Assembly: GCA_050084515.1 (NCBI GenBank)
Contig: CM114271.1
Location: 21,762,001 to 21,826,000 of the forward strand
DNA length: 64,000 nt
DNA from: Blasia pusilla
Taxonomy: Eukaryota
Direction of reading: 5' to 3'
Of the stretch, positions 25,154 through 38,470 are shown piece after piece (the stretch's first letter is position 1; the number at the start of each line of letters is the position of its first letter). Below the pieces are notes generated by a model that did no database searches, was not told the DNA's origin, and saw only the letters and a program-made list of their open reading frames with translations. The translations under genes were made by a program, and so were the position numbers.

Positions 25154-27148
25154 GCTATAGAATTGACCAACCAAGAGATGGAAGTAGCACGTAGGGATTT
25201 TGCAAACGTATTTCCTATGTTGGTTTGCATAAAGGGAAGCTCTTCAAGTGAAGAGTATGAAGATGATAGTGAGTGAAGAATACATGGTAGGAAAAGATAG
25301 GACTTGGTTGTTTTTTTGTTTTCAACATTTACCATGGGCCATGCTTTTTTTTTACTAGAGCACATCGTAGACATGTGCTCACCTGAACCACAAGGGAGCC
25401 GAGTTGATCTTGAAGCGCTTCTTTCCAATGAAGGTCGATGTGAGACAAGTGGTGAGTTACTAGATGGTGTAGAGTGGGAATTGTGGTGCTTGAAGAGAAG
25501 GAGAAAATCCACTTTTAGTCAGGTATAGGTGGATAGGGTAGGAATATATGATGACATGGTTGATGATGATTGGAGGAAGTTTCCTACAATTCCACCTATG
25601 GAAGATGAGCCAAAGATCGGGTTAGATGTGAAACTTTCAGATTCATGTACATATAATAATACTTTAGATGAGGTTGATGAGAAAGTTGATGGTGACGATA
25701 GCCTTGAATGTAGTCCATTGGACGCAGAAGGGATTGTGGATGCACAAAAATCTCATTCCCAGGATGTTGAGTGAGATAGAGTATTGTAACATTATCCCCA
25801 TGCTCACATAGTGTTTTGGCCAATTGAAATACCCTAGCCGATCAAAATCTACATGTGAAAAATTTGTTTCCAACACATTAGAGTGCTCTACAAATAGTTG
25901 TAGCCATTTCCATGGACATTACCATTAGGCTTACGTAGATGTTAATGAGTAATCAATAGGAAATTAGAGTGTCATCATTGAAATATGTTGTAGTAGTTGC
26001 TTTATCTGGGTTGCCATCCCACCTTCACACCCAAAGTATCCCTTGATCGTTCTAGGTGGTGGACCTCTTCCTCCTCCTTGGACTCGCCATCAAGTCATCC
26101 TCTAAGACCACATATGCATCAACCTCAAACTCCTTTGGCTACTTTGCCTTGCTTAAGTGCTCTCCATAGGTATCACTTCAGATGTAAGATAAAACAATTG
26201 TCTCCAATATGATTGTATTGATGATAGTGATTCCAATAAAAACCTCCTATTTGAGGTCCCCATGGTCTAGGGGTTGGCACCCTCTAGGTGCACCTCCTTG
26301 TCTATGTATGCTCTCATAACATGCATAGTCTTGCTAGCGATGTTGTCTTCCTTATGACTAACATGTGAACTTTTGCTACTATTGTCATGGATATGATGAC
26401 ATAAGCCTTGATTACGTCGATTCTCTTTGGCCACTTTGCACTCAAGGTGCCACTACATACCCATTTGCTTTCTTGGGGCACATGTTTGTGTGTGTGTGAG
26501 GTGGTCGACATGCGTGTTGTCTCTCTTGTGCCATCCATCGCGGTGATTGCTCTCCACTCACTTGTACTTCAACATGTCCCGTCATTAAGAATATCACCTT
26601 TAGTGTCACACTATTTGAAGGTACAATTGCCCACGCCCACACTCATCTCAAGCATATGATATCATGCATGTATTGGATGGGCTTCAATAACCCCCTATGT
26701 GACAAAAATAAACTCTTGTAATCAATTATAGGTCTCACGTACACTCTTACCAAGAAGACACTAAAAGTTTTGGATATTCATTAGCTTTTTGTTCCAACCC
26801 CTTGGTAGTTCTTCCTCAACTCCTAAAAAATCTCCTCAATCAGGTTGAACATTGGCGGGGTCTTTGTGGGAGGAAGATTTATGGAACTATGTAAACGACA
26901 TGCTCTATCACTCCAACATGACTTGACCCATGCTTAGCATATGCATACCGCGTGGTAATATATGAAGAGACCGAGCAATTAGAAACACCGAATTCATTTA
27001 TGATTGATAATAGTAGGGATTTGAATTCTTTCAAAACAATGTTTTAAAAATTTATTTAATAATGAATTTTTTGACATAATCTATATATTTAAAAGAGGAG
27101 AGGATTTGAAAAAACCCTCCTCTTTTACATTTGTCCTCTAAAGGCTCT

Positions 27149-27348
27149 TATGATATTAGTACATATCACTTTTAGAGAGAAATTTGAATTAAAAATAAAT
27201 AATAAAAAAATTAAAAAATTCTTTTCATGTTGAGATGTGTAATTTTAATATGATATTAGTACATATCACTTTTAGAGAGAAAATTGAATTAAAAATAAAT
27301 AATAAAAAAATAAAAAATTTCTTTTCATGTTGAGATGTGTAATTTTAA
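27149..27348. repeat. 100-bp tandem duplication (2 copies) in AT-rich DNA
   Basis: tatgatattagtacatatcac...gagatgtgtaattttaa repeated at period 100 with few mismatches. Confidence 0.9.
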
Positions 27349-28339
27349 ATTAAAAAATTAAATTAAAAAGAAGAGGAAGTTAATTTATAAGGAAAATACA
27401 CGTCTAGTATGAATTGGGCAAGGAGAGAGGAAGAAAAGGTTTAAGAAAAGTATAATAATAAAAAATTTCAGATATATTATTACATTAAATTAATTTGATG
27501 AAAAGAATAGAAATTGCGTCGTCTTAAATTTCACAAATTGTTTAAACCAAATTATATATACCTAAAGAAGAATATTACAAGAACTCATCTTTCATAATGG
27601 TGTCCATAAATGGACACTCAAATAATAATCTTACCGGACTTTTTACCTTGTATTTTCTATTCAATACGAATTGAATTCTTTAATTTGGGTAAATAATTAA
27701 GGTAAAAGAAAGTTTTGGTTATTAATTGATTTTAGTTTAGTGTTTTTAAAGTCTGATATCCATCCTACCGATTCCTACGCATATTAAATTATTAATGCCT
27801 GAATCCGTTTGAGCGCATTTCTTCTCTGGATTAATTATAAGAAGTAGTACACTTGATTGATTGATTGATTTATTACTGAGAAAGCAATGACGGGGTTCAT
27901 GGATGTTAGAAACACACAGTAGTACGTCCCGAGAGTATTAACGCAGTCGGAACCTCGCATGCGGTTGCTCTGGATATCCGAACCAAAGGACCAACTGAAC
28001 AAAGGCCGCACCGGATAAGTCGGACGGTTTAGCTCGGCACGAGTAAGGGAAGGACGGAGGGCGGGCAGTTAAGAAAACTATAATGTGCAGTCCAAAGCTG
28101 GTGGTATTGATTGTGAGGAGATAGTAGTCGTCAAGAAACAGGTACTAGGTCTAGGAGGACGAGGCAGAAGCATGAGGACGGGCTGCGGGCAGATTCCAGA
28201 AAGTACGGTACCGTACTAGAGGATTAATTAACCAGTGGGGTGGCTTGATAAGCACGTCTTAATGGTAAACCGGCTGGCTAAGCTGAGGCGAGAGTTTCAC
28301 GCAGTCGGACTAACAGGTAGCGAAACTGGTAAAAGTTCG

Positions 28340-29200
28340 ATTAAGTCGTGGGGGCCCACAGCTTGGATCCGCGGTGTAATGCGCCGGCACGCTCTTCTGA
28401 CGAACCCGCTCCTGCTGATAGGGCCGAAATTAGGATAGGTGACTCATCACCTAGCGGCTAATGAGAACTGCTGAAAGATTCTGATTCAACGGTGCGATGG
28501 AGATTACATCTCATTCGCCATCACTTTTTGTCATCCCTTCCATGATGCCCCTACCTGGTAGGGTTTCGTGGTCAGCCCACCTGGCTCTTTGACCGTCGGT
28601 TCCCAGTCCTACGTGTCCACCACCTCGGTCGGGTTTCCACGTCAGCTCACGCGGACGTGGGTAGTTACGGCAGCTAACGGCCGCTTTGCCGTTAAGCGCG
28701 ACGTTTTGGCGCCGCAGCCGTTAGGGTTTGCGGCCTAAAGTGGCGGTCCAGTTGGCAGATTTCCGTTTGGTGAACTTTACATGGCGAGGGCAGCCTTTGT
28801 GACGATCCTCCGGTGTCTACGAGCTTTTATGCTCGTGACGGCGGAGGACGGGACGGGAAAGCTACAGGACCCAAATAGTTGCTAGTTCTGTAGCCTAGCA
28901 AGGCTAGGAGGGGAAGGGCTCAGCGGTCCGGGATTCCCTTGTTCGCGATTGAGTACTTCGTTTCATGTGCTGTTCGCTCTGGCTCGGCCAGCTCTGTCAG
29001 GCTTGCCCCCTCCGATTGCCTTGGCTTCGAGCCCCCATCGCACCCTTATAGGCGGAAGCGGGGTTTGGGAAGGTAGAGGATCGTGTCCGTCTATGCCTCT
29101 CATAGCCTTTGTGAGCTGGGCGTGTCTGAGTTGAAGAACAACTTGCGGGTTTTCTCACTTGCAAATTGTATAATTTTCGGCATCCATTCTCTCTCGTATA
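28340..29200 (+). promoter_or_regulatory. Probable promoter of the RanBP2-finger gene
   Basis: GC/CpG-rich; GGGCCC site II-like motif (about 28352); telo-box-like TAGGGTTT (about 28559 and 28722); several ACGT cores; TATA-like tataatt (about 29169) before a CT-rich leader. Confidence 0.45.
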
Positions 29201-29467
29201 GCTTGTCTTCTCCGTCCTCGTTATCCTGGGTCTTACTTCTTTGGTTGTTCGTGAGACTCGAAGAAAGGACGCGAGCGTGCTCTTCTCTTGCGCTTGTGAT
29301 AGCTCTCTGCGACAAGCTCCCCTTGAATTCTGACTGTGCCGTCGGAGTGAAGTCGCGAGATAGCCCATCTAGGTATCCGAAACCAGCGCCCTCCGAATTC
29401 CTCCCTCCGTGTCGCACCCTAGTTTCCTCTTGACGTCTCTCGGTCCCCTAATTGCCGGCTTCTGTTG

Positions 29468-29645
29468 GTAAGAGGTTTCAGGCGTGGCAGTCAATTGAGA
29501 TGGCGAGTCGTAGGAATTTGCAGGCGGCCTTGTAGCGTGGTTCTGCTTCTTTCGTGCCTGAGTTCCAGACGTTCCGGTTTGGTGTGCAATCAGTGATTGT
29601 GGATGGGGAGGTCGAGTTTCGCTAACGATGTCTGGTCCATGACAG
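29468..29645 (+). other. Predicted 5' UTR intron of the RanBP2-finger gene
   Basis: TTG|GTAAGA donor, branch-like ctaac near 29622, GACAG acceptor 47 nt before the ATG. Confidence 0.6.
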
Positions 29646-29692
29646 GGTAAACATATCTACTGCTTGAAGTCCGAGCGACAAGCCGGTCGAAG

Positions 29693-30649
29693 ATGAATCG
29701 GAAGCCGGGCGATTGGAACTGTCCCTCATGCCAGCATTTGAACTTCAGCAGACGAGATACATGTCAACGATGTAGCGACGCTAGACCAGGAGGTGTAGGA
29801 GTAGGAGCCGTTGGTATCCGTGCTGAGGGAGGTGATTTTGGCAGCTATGGTGGTCGTGGAAGCGGTTCTTATGGATTCGGATCGGGTTATGGCAGTGGAG
29901 GAGGCGGAGGAGGTGGGGGAGATTATAACAGGAGCTATGGAGGTAGTTTCGGATTTGGTGGAAGTTCCGAGATGGGTGTACGCCCGGGAGACTGGTACTG
30001 TCCTGCCGGGGGATGCGGAGCACACAATTTCGCCAGCCGAAACAATTGTTTTAAGTGCGGGGCATACAAAGAGGATGGTGGCGCAGGAGTTGGAGGGTTT
30101 GCCCAAGGATATGACGGAGGTAGTAGAGGTTCTAGAGGAAGTTTCGGGTTTGGTTCTTCGTACAGCGCTGGAGGTGCCGTCGGTGGAGCCGCTGTAGGTG
30201 CCCGGCAGGGATGGAAGTCTGGCGATTGGATTTGTGGGAGGTATGGGTGATCACCTTGCTGCCCTTGTACTTCTTGGATAATTACAATACACTCCTCTAT
30301 GATTTGTCTGACTCAATGTGGCGTTTCCCCATGTTGATGTCTGTTTAACTAGTGTTTAATTTTTGTACAGGTCCGGATGCAATGAGCATAACTTTGCAAG
30401 TCGCATGGAATGCTACCGCTGCAGCGCACCTCGCGAGACAGGTGTGAATCTACAATTTGTAATATTACCGATAGCTTGATCGAAGGTCGTATCGTCAGTT
30501 AACGGGTAAAACTAGATGTAAGGGTGTACAGCATAGTCAATATGTATTTTCCCCTTTTCTCCTACTGTTTGTGGATCTTCAAGCGTAAATTGAGTGGGTT
30601 TTGTGCCCGTCTTATGTTGTTGACGCCCTTCGCAGGTACAGCGATGTAA
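29693..30649 (+). CDS. RanBP2-type zinc-finger protein with three fingers and Gly-rich linkers, putative RNA-binding; join(29693..30240,30371..30441,30636..30649), 210 aa
   Basis: Three W-x-C-x2-4-C-x3-N-F-x-x-R-x2-C-x2-C motifs (GDWNCPSC, GDWYCPAGGC, GDWICGRSGCNEHNFASRMECYRC). GT-AG introns restore the third finger in frame; total 633 nt. The last micro-exon (GTAM*) is less certain. Confidence 0.92.
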
Positions 30650-33600
30650 GGTGGAGCACCGTGGATTGGTTGGTGCAGTCCAGACCCGCTGGATGGTTAT
30701 GAATTCTAGGTTAACTCCATTTTGTGATTTTGGCCATCGACTGACGTAATCGTTCGTGGAAGCCTTTTTTGTTGAAATTTCCGTGGGTTTCCATGATTAT
30801 GATGACTGGCCGAAGAGAAGCCTAGTTGATACTCTTTATCAACCCATATATTATGGGTAGCGATCCCATTGGACTAGGTTTACACTTTTAGCATACTCTC
30901 TGCCTCAGCAATTGGCACTGAATCCGGTAGTCAGGGCGTACGTACAGCGACAGGAATGGAAGACATTTTGAACCTTCACTTGCTGCCAATGGTTGGCCTC
31001 TGAGTGAACATGCGTACTATCACTGGATGCGTACCGTCTGCACCTCGTGATAGTTCAAGCCAGGAGCCGGTAACACTGAGTACTACAGCTTAGCTTTGAG
31101 AATGTATACAGCTAACTAATTTAGATTCGTGATGCAGCGTATGGAAGTGGGGAATCATACCCGAATGTGATTCCATGATATAGTGTAGCTCGATCTGGGA
31201 AGGTACTAAATTTGAGTTGTGCGCATATGGGTGAAATCCAAAGGTCGAATATAGAAAGCAAGTATGTTACCTTCTCCGATCTTACATGCACTCCCAATTC
31301 CTTGGTGGCACTGTTCTCCAAATGTCTTGGTTTTCGTGTGATACTCGGTGAGATATGGTGTGGTCGGTAGGTCTGTAGAGGTGCATCACACCTGTAGCCA
31401 TCTTTTGCAGATTTTCTGCGGGATTTCCCGCTGGAGTTAGTTACATCCAGAAGGTAATCGTTATGCAGCTGAACTACCTTCTGGGAACTGCATGCTTGTA
31501 GTTTGGTAGTGTACAGTTTTGGGTAGGTGGAGCATACAGCAAGTGGCGATGGTGAGGACTTTTGGTTCAGACACCTAGAGAGGAACTAGGCAGATAACAT
31601 GAGGCCGTGCCGAGAGAATTGTTCGTCGGCGCGCATTATGTACAGCCAAGTAACGATATTAATAAAGGATTTTGTCGATCTCACATTTTTAGACACCCTA
31701 ACTCGTCATCCCTTGATTGTCCCGAGTGCAAGACTCGTCAGATTCGGGATTTTGTTGGTGAAATCAACTATTGTCGAAGGTTCTGTGAATTTTTGGGGTT
31801 ATTACGTTCCCTTAAGCCTCGAAATTTTCATCACAACGCCACACGTCTGGGAAAAGGAAGGAAGCATCCGTGTGGCTCCAGTGAGAGGGTCTCTAATTAG
31901 AGTTCATGACAGGAAAGGCTGGAAGGATTAAGTAATGTGGTGTAACTTCTGAACCCAAAAAGGTACGGAGCTTGGAATGCCAACGAGGGAGATAATTAAT
32001 TAGGGGCTGATTGAGAAAATCAGAAGTGCAGTTTGGGGACAAATGTAGCGTAGGACTTCAATGCCAAGAAATCAACTACTATGGCAAAATTGGAGTTTGA
32101 TACTCTTTTGCTGCGAAGAACAGTAGAGGCACCATTCGTGGTCGAAATTGATTACTTAGTGGTGGAACGGCTCGTAATCCCAACTTGGGAACGCCGTAAA
32201 CCGAATGACTGTACAGACACTAGACTCACATTTCCTGGACTGCACCTTGGTACTTGCATCGAGATATGGCAGACGCATGCATGCACGCAGTTACAGTCTT
32301 GCATTGGGATGAGGCGATTTTCAGCGGCATGCGGAGTCTGCAGTCAGATAGGGCAGGTCTGCTATCTTCTACCCGTGGGGGAGTACAGAGCCACTTGCAG
32401 CCCCTGCAAACAGTAGTCAGAGCGGTCAGAGCAGCTGAAGTAGAGATCGTCTGCACAGTACCCTCTGATTTGGGGAGAAGTCGGCGTTTCCATTTACCTA
32501 CATGTTCATCTCCTCCACCCAGAGTTAATACACCATCCACGTTTGCAGGCGGTTTCCTGGGAAATAAGCTGAGGGTTAAGGACGGAGTATGCTTCATCGG
32601 TGCTTGCTGGATAGTGCTGTGGCACTATGCATCAACCTGCTATCGTTCGATCTAGCTCTATCTGCGAGCTCCCGGGTTTAGCGGTGCGAGTGAGAATGTT
32701 TATCTTTACCAGTTACTTACAGGAAATTGTCAACTCGGCGGACAATGTTCAAGCCAAGAAAGAAATTTACGAGGGGATCAGTTGATATCTGCAAGCGCGT
32801 CGCGATATTGTCGTTTTGGTAACGAAGAAGCAAATCGGGTGCGGATCTTTTCTTCGCGGTTCACAACTGGAACGAAGAGGTCGTTTTGGTATCGGCGATT
32901 GACACAGGAGCCGCAGATACTGACTTCACGGATATTTCTGATTCTTGCCGCTATATTCTCGAATACCACCGGTCGGTTAGTCAGTGATGTTGAACGTATG
33001 GTCGAGCTTCAGTTTCATCTATAGTGTTCCTTCCAATTCCCATAGAAAGAGAATTCAAAGTAATTGCTGGACGTTGAGAGAACTGATGAGGGTTAGAGCA
33101 TTTGTTTCACTGGGATATTAGTCTACTGTGCGAGGCAAAGTGGAGACCATGTGAGATTCATCTGCGATTTTACAAGAGGCGGCTAATGTCTGACCAGGAG
33201 CTGTCATACTTGGTCGTTGGTATGGTTCACTTTGTTCATGATTAGGGTTATGCTGCGGAGCTAAGAGTTTTGCGTGCTTAGCAAGTATTTTTCGGCGTCC
33301 TAAGTCTTGTCGTCTTGCAGGTGAGTAGACGCACCCTCCCCCGGTTAATGTCTCCTTTTACCTTTCGGTGTATATTTTTTACTCTCTTCAGCAGAATTAT
33401 ACGACGAAATGGTGAGTCCCGACGTAAAGTTCCCCGGCCGATTTCGCCGAACTTCAGTTTCTTTTGAAGGGCATTTCCTTAGTGCCAACTGTGGTCGTGT
33501 AATCAGCTTATTCTGACTTCTTGTATCGCGCAGTTATCACCTTCGGTAGCAGCGGTCATCTCGTCGGTCTGGGGTAGTGACGTGACCTGCGGTCCCGTGG

Positions 33601-34122
33601 GTGTGGTTAAACAGGTTTGTTTTTCTCTCCAGTCAAAATATCCTCCCCACTTCTCCTTTGTACTTGGTGCGGATAAGGTCAATATCTTTCTTTGGCCAAT
33701 ATACGCCTCCGCCTTTTTAAAATCGCAGCATCCGCCAATGGCAAATGTTGTTCTCAAGCAATTTGAGAAGGTAAATGTGACGTAATCAACCAACGGGTTA
33801 TCAAGAGAGATGTAGTTGTGGCTCATCATTTTGAACAACTGATTTCCGCAACTCAATGAAAGAACGGTGGAATTCTAAAACATGACGAGCGTCGATTGGA
33901 GGCTGAAATGATCGAAGATCTCGTCATCTCGATCGAGAATTTCAAAATTGTTTCTCTGTTTTGTAGAATTTTGAGAGTTAGACCTTTTGTAAGCCGTCAG
34001 GTTTGTAAAATCTTGTGGTGATTCCAATCGTTCGCAACCGGATGTCACCATATGTATATTTTTCAAAATAAAATAGTTCAGAAATATTCATTAGAAATTA
34101 TCACGCATTGAGTGGATTATGT

Positions 34123-34164
34123 GAAATGGGAGGAAGATTTGGAGGCAAATCTTCCTCCCATTTC
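34123..34164. repeat. Perfect hairpin (19-bp arms, 4-nt loop)
   Basis: gaaatgggaggaagatttg-gagg-caaatcttcctcccatttc. Confidence 0.95.
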
Positions 34165-34931
34165 TTGCCTCATCCATGTCGTCCTTTGTTAATATCCTTG
34201 GAGGAAGAGGATTATGGCGCGTAAATTTTCTTGGCGTGTAATTTTTTCAATTTAAGATCCAATAGGTTTTTTTTTCACTTAACAATGAGTTTTCCAAAAT
34301 TTTTGGATCCTTAGATCTTTTTTTTTTTTTTAAATGTGTTCATAGATTTTTATACACAATTATAAACATATAACTCTTTTTACAAAGTGATATTGGATTA
34401 TCATTGGTTTAAGGGGTTCTTTTGGCTTTTCTGAATCTCTTGATTCGGGTTGGGTTCAATATTACAAATTCATTCCCTTAAAGCGGTCATTGGTGGGTGG
34501 CTCATTTGCTCCTCACATCCTTTTCTTTGGTGTTTTCAATTTTTTTCATAATTTTTTTTTGGGATGTCGGTTTTGGACGTGTTTGGGCTTGTTTCGATCG
34601 TCTTGACAAGTTCATTTTTTTCATATCAAGTAGGTTTTCTAGTTTTTCTTCCTTCTCTATAGATGGATGTTTTTGTGTATGGGTTTGTTTTAGGTAAATT
34701 CCTCCCAAAAATCATCCTTGCTCTTTCAACTCCTTACTTTACTTTTTCGCCCCTACATACGTTTGCCATCTCTTCAAGGACATTAGAAATTCATATTCTT
34801 GAGCCACCTCTTCCAATACCATATGGATCATTTTTCCTTTTTCAATTGTTTTAAATATATTTTTTATAATAATTTTCAATCATAAATTCGGTATTGATTA
34901 ATCTTCTTCTCTCCATCTAAATTTCTTTTGG

Positions 34932-37900
34932 ATGGATTCCACTACTTTTGCTTTGCTCGTTATCTTCATGTTTTCTCCAAATCACGTTTCATATGTCTTT
35001 CCTTGTCTTCGATGATTTGTCTACTTTTACTTCTATGTTATCAGAGATAGAGTTGAATTTTTCATCTACTCGCTTATCTGGATTTACACGCCCTCCTACA
35101 TTCGTAAACTCTCCCCCTGATTCATCTCCTCATCGTAGATCTCGCCATTTTCCTCCAGATGCTAATACATCCATTACACTCGTTATATTTCTTTCGGATT
35201 CTTCTCTTCTCCCTTCTTCGCCTTGTCCTATTGAGCCTAATTTTGATCCATTATTATGGAATCCTTCTACTTTGCCATCCCCACATATCTCATCTATGCC
35301 CTTGTTTCCAACTCCCATCTATTCTACCCGAAACTTCCCTCTTCCTCCTCCTCCTCCTTCCCCAACCTACTTACCCCCTCAGGGTTGGGCATGACCATCT
35401 CTTGTACCTCCCACTTCCTCTCCTTGTAACCCTTCTACTTCTCCATTTGTACCAAAGGTTCGTTGCATATCTTGTGGTAAGAAGTTTGCTCCTAATGGGA
35501 TCAAAAGACATCAGCGGTACTGTCGATCCATGTATGGGTCTTTAATCCCTAACACGATACCACCTCCTACTGCACTCCCCACAAGAATGGCTTGGACCTG
35601 GTTAAGCCAAATTGATCTCCTTCGTTCTTTCCATCCAGGTCTTCCTCGTCCTAGGCTCTACACTCACATTCCTATTGCTCTTTGCCCCATCACCAAACAA
35701 GCTTTGCTTTTCCCATTAGAAAGGTTAACACGTGACCCTACAGATATCAATGTTTGGTATCTCCTATTACTCTTTCCACAATGAGTTTTAGTCCTCCCTC
35801 CAAGGTGTGGTGTAACGAGTCATCGTGAAACCTCCACACGTATTCAACGCTTTATGTATGAGAATTGGGAGAATCTTCAGGATCAGCATGTACTTCGAGC
35901 GAAGGCCTTAGCTGCGGCTCATCCCACTCAACATGCCAATCACGGGAGGCCTTCAATACAAAAATGCCTTCGACGAAGTCTACTTTTGGGGCAGGTTGGT
36001 GAGTTTTCACGTGCAGCTCGAGCATTGGGTCCTCTTTCTCCGGCGGTTCCAAGTGCGGAAACAGTGGCTCTCTTCGAAGCTCTTCATCCTCCTTCAAGTG
36101 GGGATGCTCCACCTTTTGTGGAAGACTATACAACAGACCTTGACTTGGAGGTTTTCACAAGGGCTTTTCTGCATACTCCTCGCTTATCAGCAAGCGGGCT
36201 ATCAGGGATGGTTTTTGAGCATCTCCGCGATTGCTTCATCCCAGCAGATTCAGCAAGTGGCTTTGTCTCTCTATATAAGGTGCCCGCACATATGGCGGCA
36301 TGTTGTCTCCCATTCTCTATCTCTAGGCTCTTAGGGGCTTGTCGTTTGTTGGCTCTAGATAAGCCTCCTTCAGGTGTGCACCCTTTGGCTATTGGAGAGG
36401 TTTTATATCGCTTGGTTAGTCGATCCCTATGCTTGCAATTTCGTCCTCAATTTAATGCCCACTTATTTCCTCATCAATTTGGAGTGGCAACTCTTGGAGG
36501 TTGTGAGGCTAAGGTACATGGGATTCGCTTCACTCTTGATATTCATCCAGATTGGGTAGTAATTCAAGTCAATGTGGCTAACGCATTCAATTCAATTTCT
36601 CGTATGGTCATCTTTGAGGAGTTACGTTGTGCAAGAGGATAACTCGCGAGCCTCATTCCATTTGTTCGCTCCTTCTATGCCTATGATACACCCATTATCT
36701 ATTCCCATGATTCTACTTCTGGAGAATATAGTATTCTACAATCGGCTTGTGGCACACGTCAAGGCGATCCCATGGGTGGCCCAGTCTTTGCCATTGTCCA
36801 TTTTCGTGCCCTTCGAGCATTAGCGCAAGAATTTCCATCTTGTCTTTTCCCTTCTATTTCTGATGACACTCGCATTATAGGTCCTCCTTCTGAAATGGTT
36901 CCTGCTTATACCCATTTCGTGGATAAGGCCCTTTTGATAGACGTGAAATGACTTCATTTGTTACCTCATCTAGGGGCCCCAAGTGGCTTATGGGATTGTC
37001 TCCCAATGTTTTTTACAACGTCTTTCCTACCTTCTTTGCACTTGTCCTCCCACTTCAAGATTCTTACATCTATTGGCCTCTTTTGACGCTTCTATCTTGG
37101 CAACTTTTGGTCAACTGCTTGGCCCGAATATCTTTGAGGGAGAGGATGGTGTCTTTGCTTTACGACAAGCTATCTTGCCTATTTCTTTTGGAGGGGTGGG
37201 ACTGTCTTCCATAGTCGTATCTGCTCCCGGAACCTTTTTGGGGAGTTGGGCATTGGAAGCACGGATTATGGTTTCAAGATTTCTCCAAGGAGATACACCT
37301 ATTTTGATGGATCATATCGCCCATGTAGACGAGGGGGACTTGTGATTTCAACAACAATTGAGATCGGCACGAGCTCTTCTTCCTCTTGCTACACAAGCAA
37401 TTCTACCCCCTTTCAATCAACTGATTACGGAAGGGCTTGATCGACTTCAAGAGCATATCTCCCAGAATCTGCATCAAATCAACTTTTCTAGCATTCTCTC
37501 CGAGGCATCCTCTGACGCTAATTGAGCTTGTCTACCTTCATGTGCGGGTACCGGATCGGGGGCGTGGCTTTATGCAAATCCTTTTATTCTTCCATTTCGT
37601 CTTCCTCGAAGTATATTCTTGACAGCTTTGCGGTTACGTCTTGGACTTCCCCATCCTTCTCTCTTAGATGTGCCGAATTGTGTATGCGGGGATCCCATTG
37701 ATGCCAAGGATATCCATATTCTCCGATGTGCACATGGTGGAGAACGAACGGCCACACATGATGCCATTAGAGAGACGGTAGCATCGGTGGCTTGTATTGC
37801 AGGATACACCGTTGGGCAAGAGCAACTCCATGTCCTACCTTAAACCACACAAGCAACCTCTCGTCGGAGAGTGGATCTTGTTATGTCTCGAGGTGGATTC

Positions 37901-38470
37901 CGAACACTAGGTGATGTGGTGGTTCTTGATCCAACACGTTCTGACTTGGTGTATCGAGCCGCACATACCAAAAGTTTGGCGGCCAAAGTTGCAGGAAGAA
38001 CCCACGACTTAAATTATGTTGTGAGACCTGCGACTGATGGATTTATTCCTTTTGCAATGGAAGTATTCGGTCATTTACATGTGTCTTTTGATACTTTCCA
38101 GAAAATATGTGCTCACGACTCCCTTGAAAATCATCACCTTGCCCCTTCTCGTAATCCTTCTCTCTCGGTAGTTACTACTTATTTTCGACAATGCATCTCA
38201 GTGGCCTTACAATGTGCACAAGCCTTGACATTGATACGTCATGCGGAGGTGGTGGGGGATCGCTCGCCTCGTCATCCATTCACATATGACCAACCACTCG
38301 AATTCTTGTCAGATTTGTTTCAAGCTATCAATCGTGTAGCTTGTTGAGCCGGTGTTCGCTTTGGCTTGTTGCCATTTTCTTTTTGCATTCTTTTATGCAT
38401 TTTTTGACTCTTTTTTGAGTTGTTATTACCTTTCTTTGTCCTCTTTTGAGGTTTATTTTATAATAAAGTG
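34932..38470 (+). mobile_element. CRE-clade-like non-LTR retrotransposon (zinc finger, RT, CCHC, restriction-like endonuclease), pseudogenised
   Basis: CISCGKKF..GIKRH..C finger. RT motifs HPLAIGEVLYRL, HQFGV..GGCE..VH, NVANAFNS, GTRQGDPMG, PSISDDT, LPISFGGVGL, SGAWL, LRLRLG. CVC...HILRC-AHGGERTATHD. Endonuclease-like RVDLV...DV, FIPFAMEVFG, ISVALQ. AATAAA near 38462. Confidence 0.88.

Noticed and set aside
24553..25512. 319-aa minus-strand ORF
   Set aside because: Antisense shadow of the CACTA transposase region.
29100..29417. 105-aa minus-strand ORF upstream of the RanBP2-finger gene
   Set aside because: Antisense to a CT-rich 5' UTR, non-ATG start, no motif.
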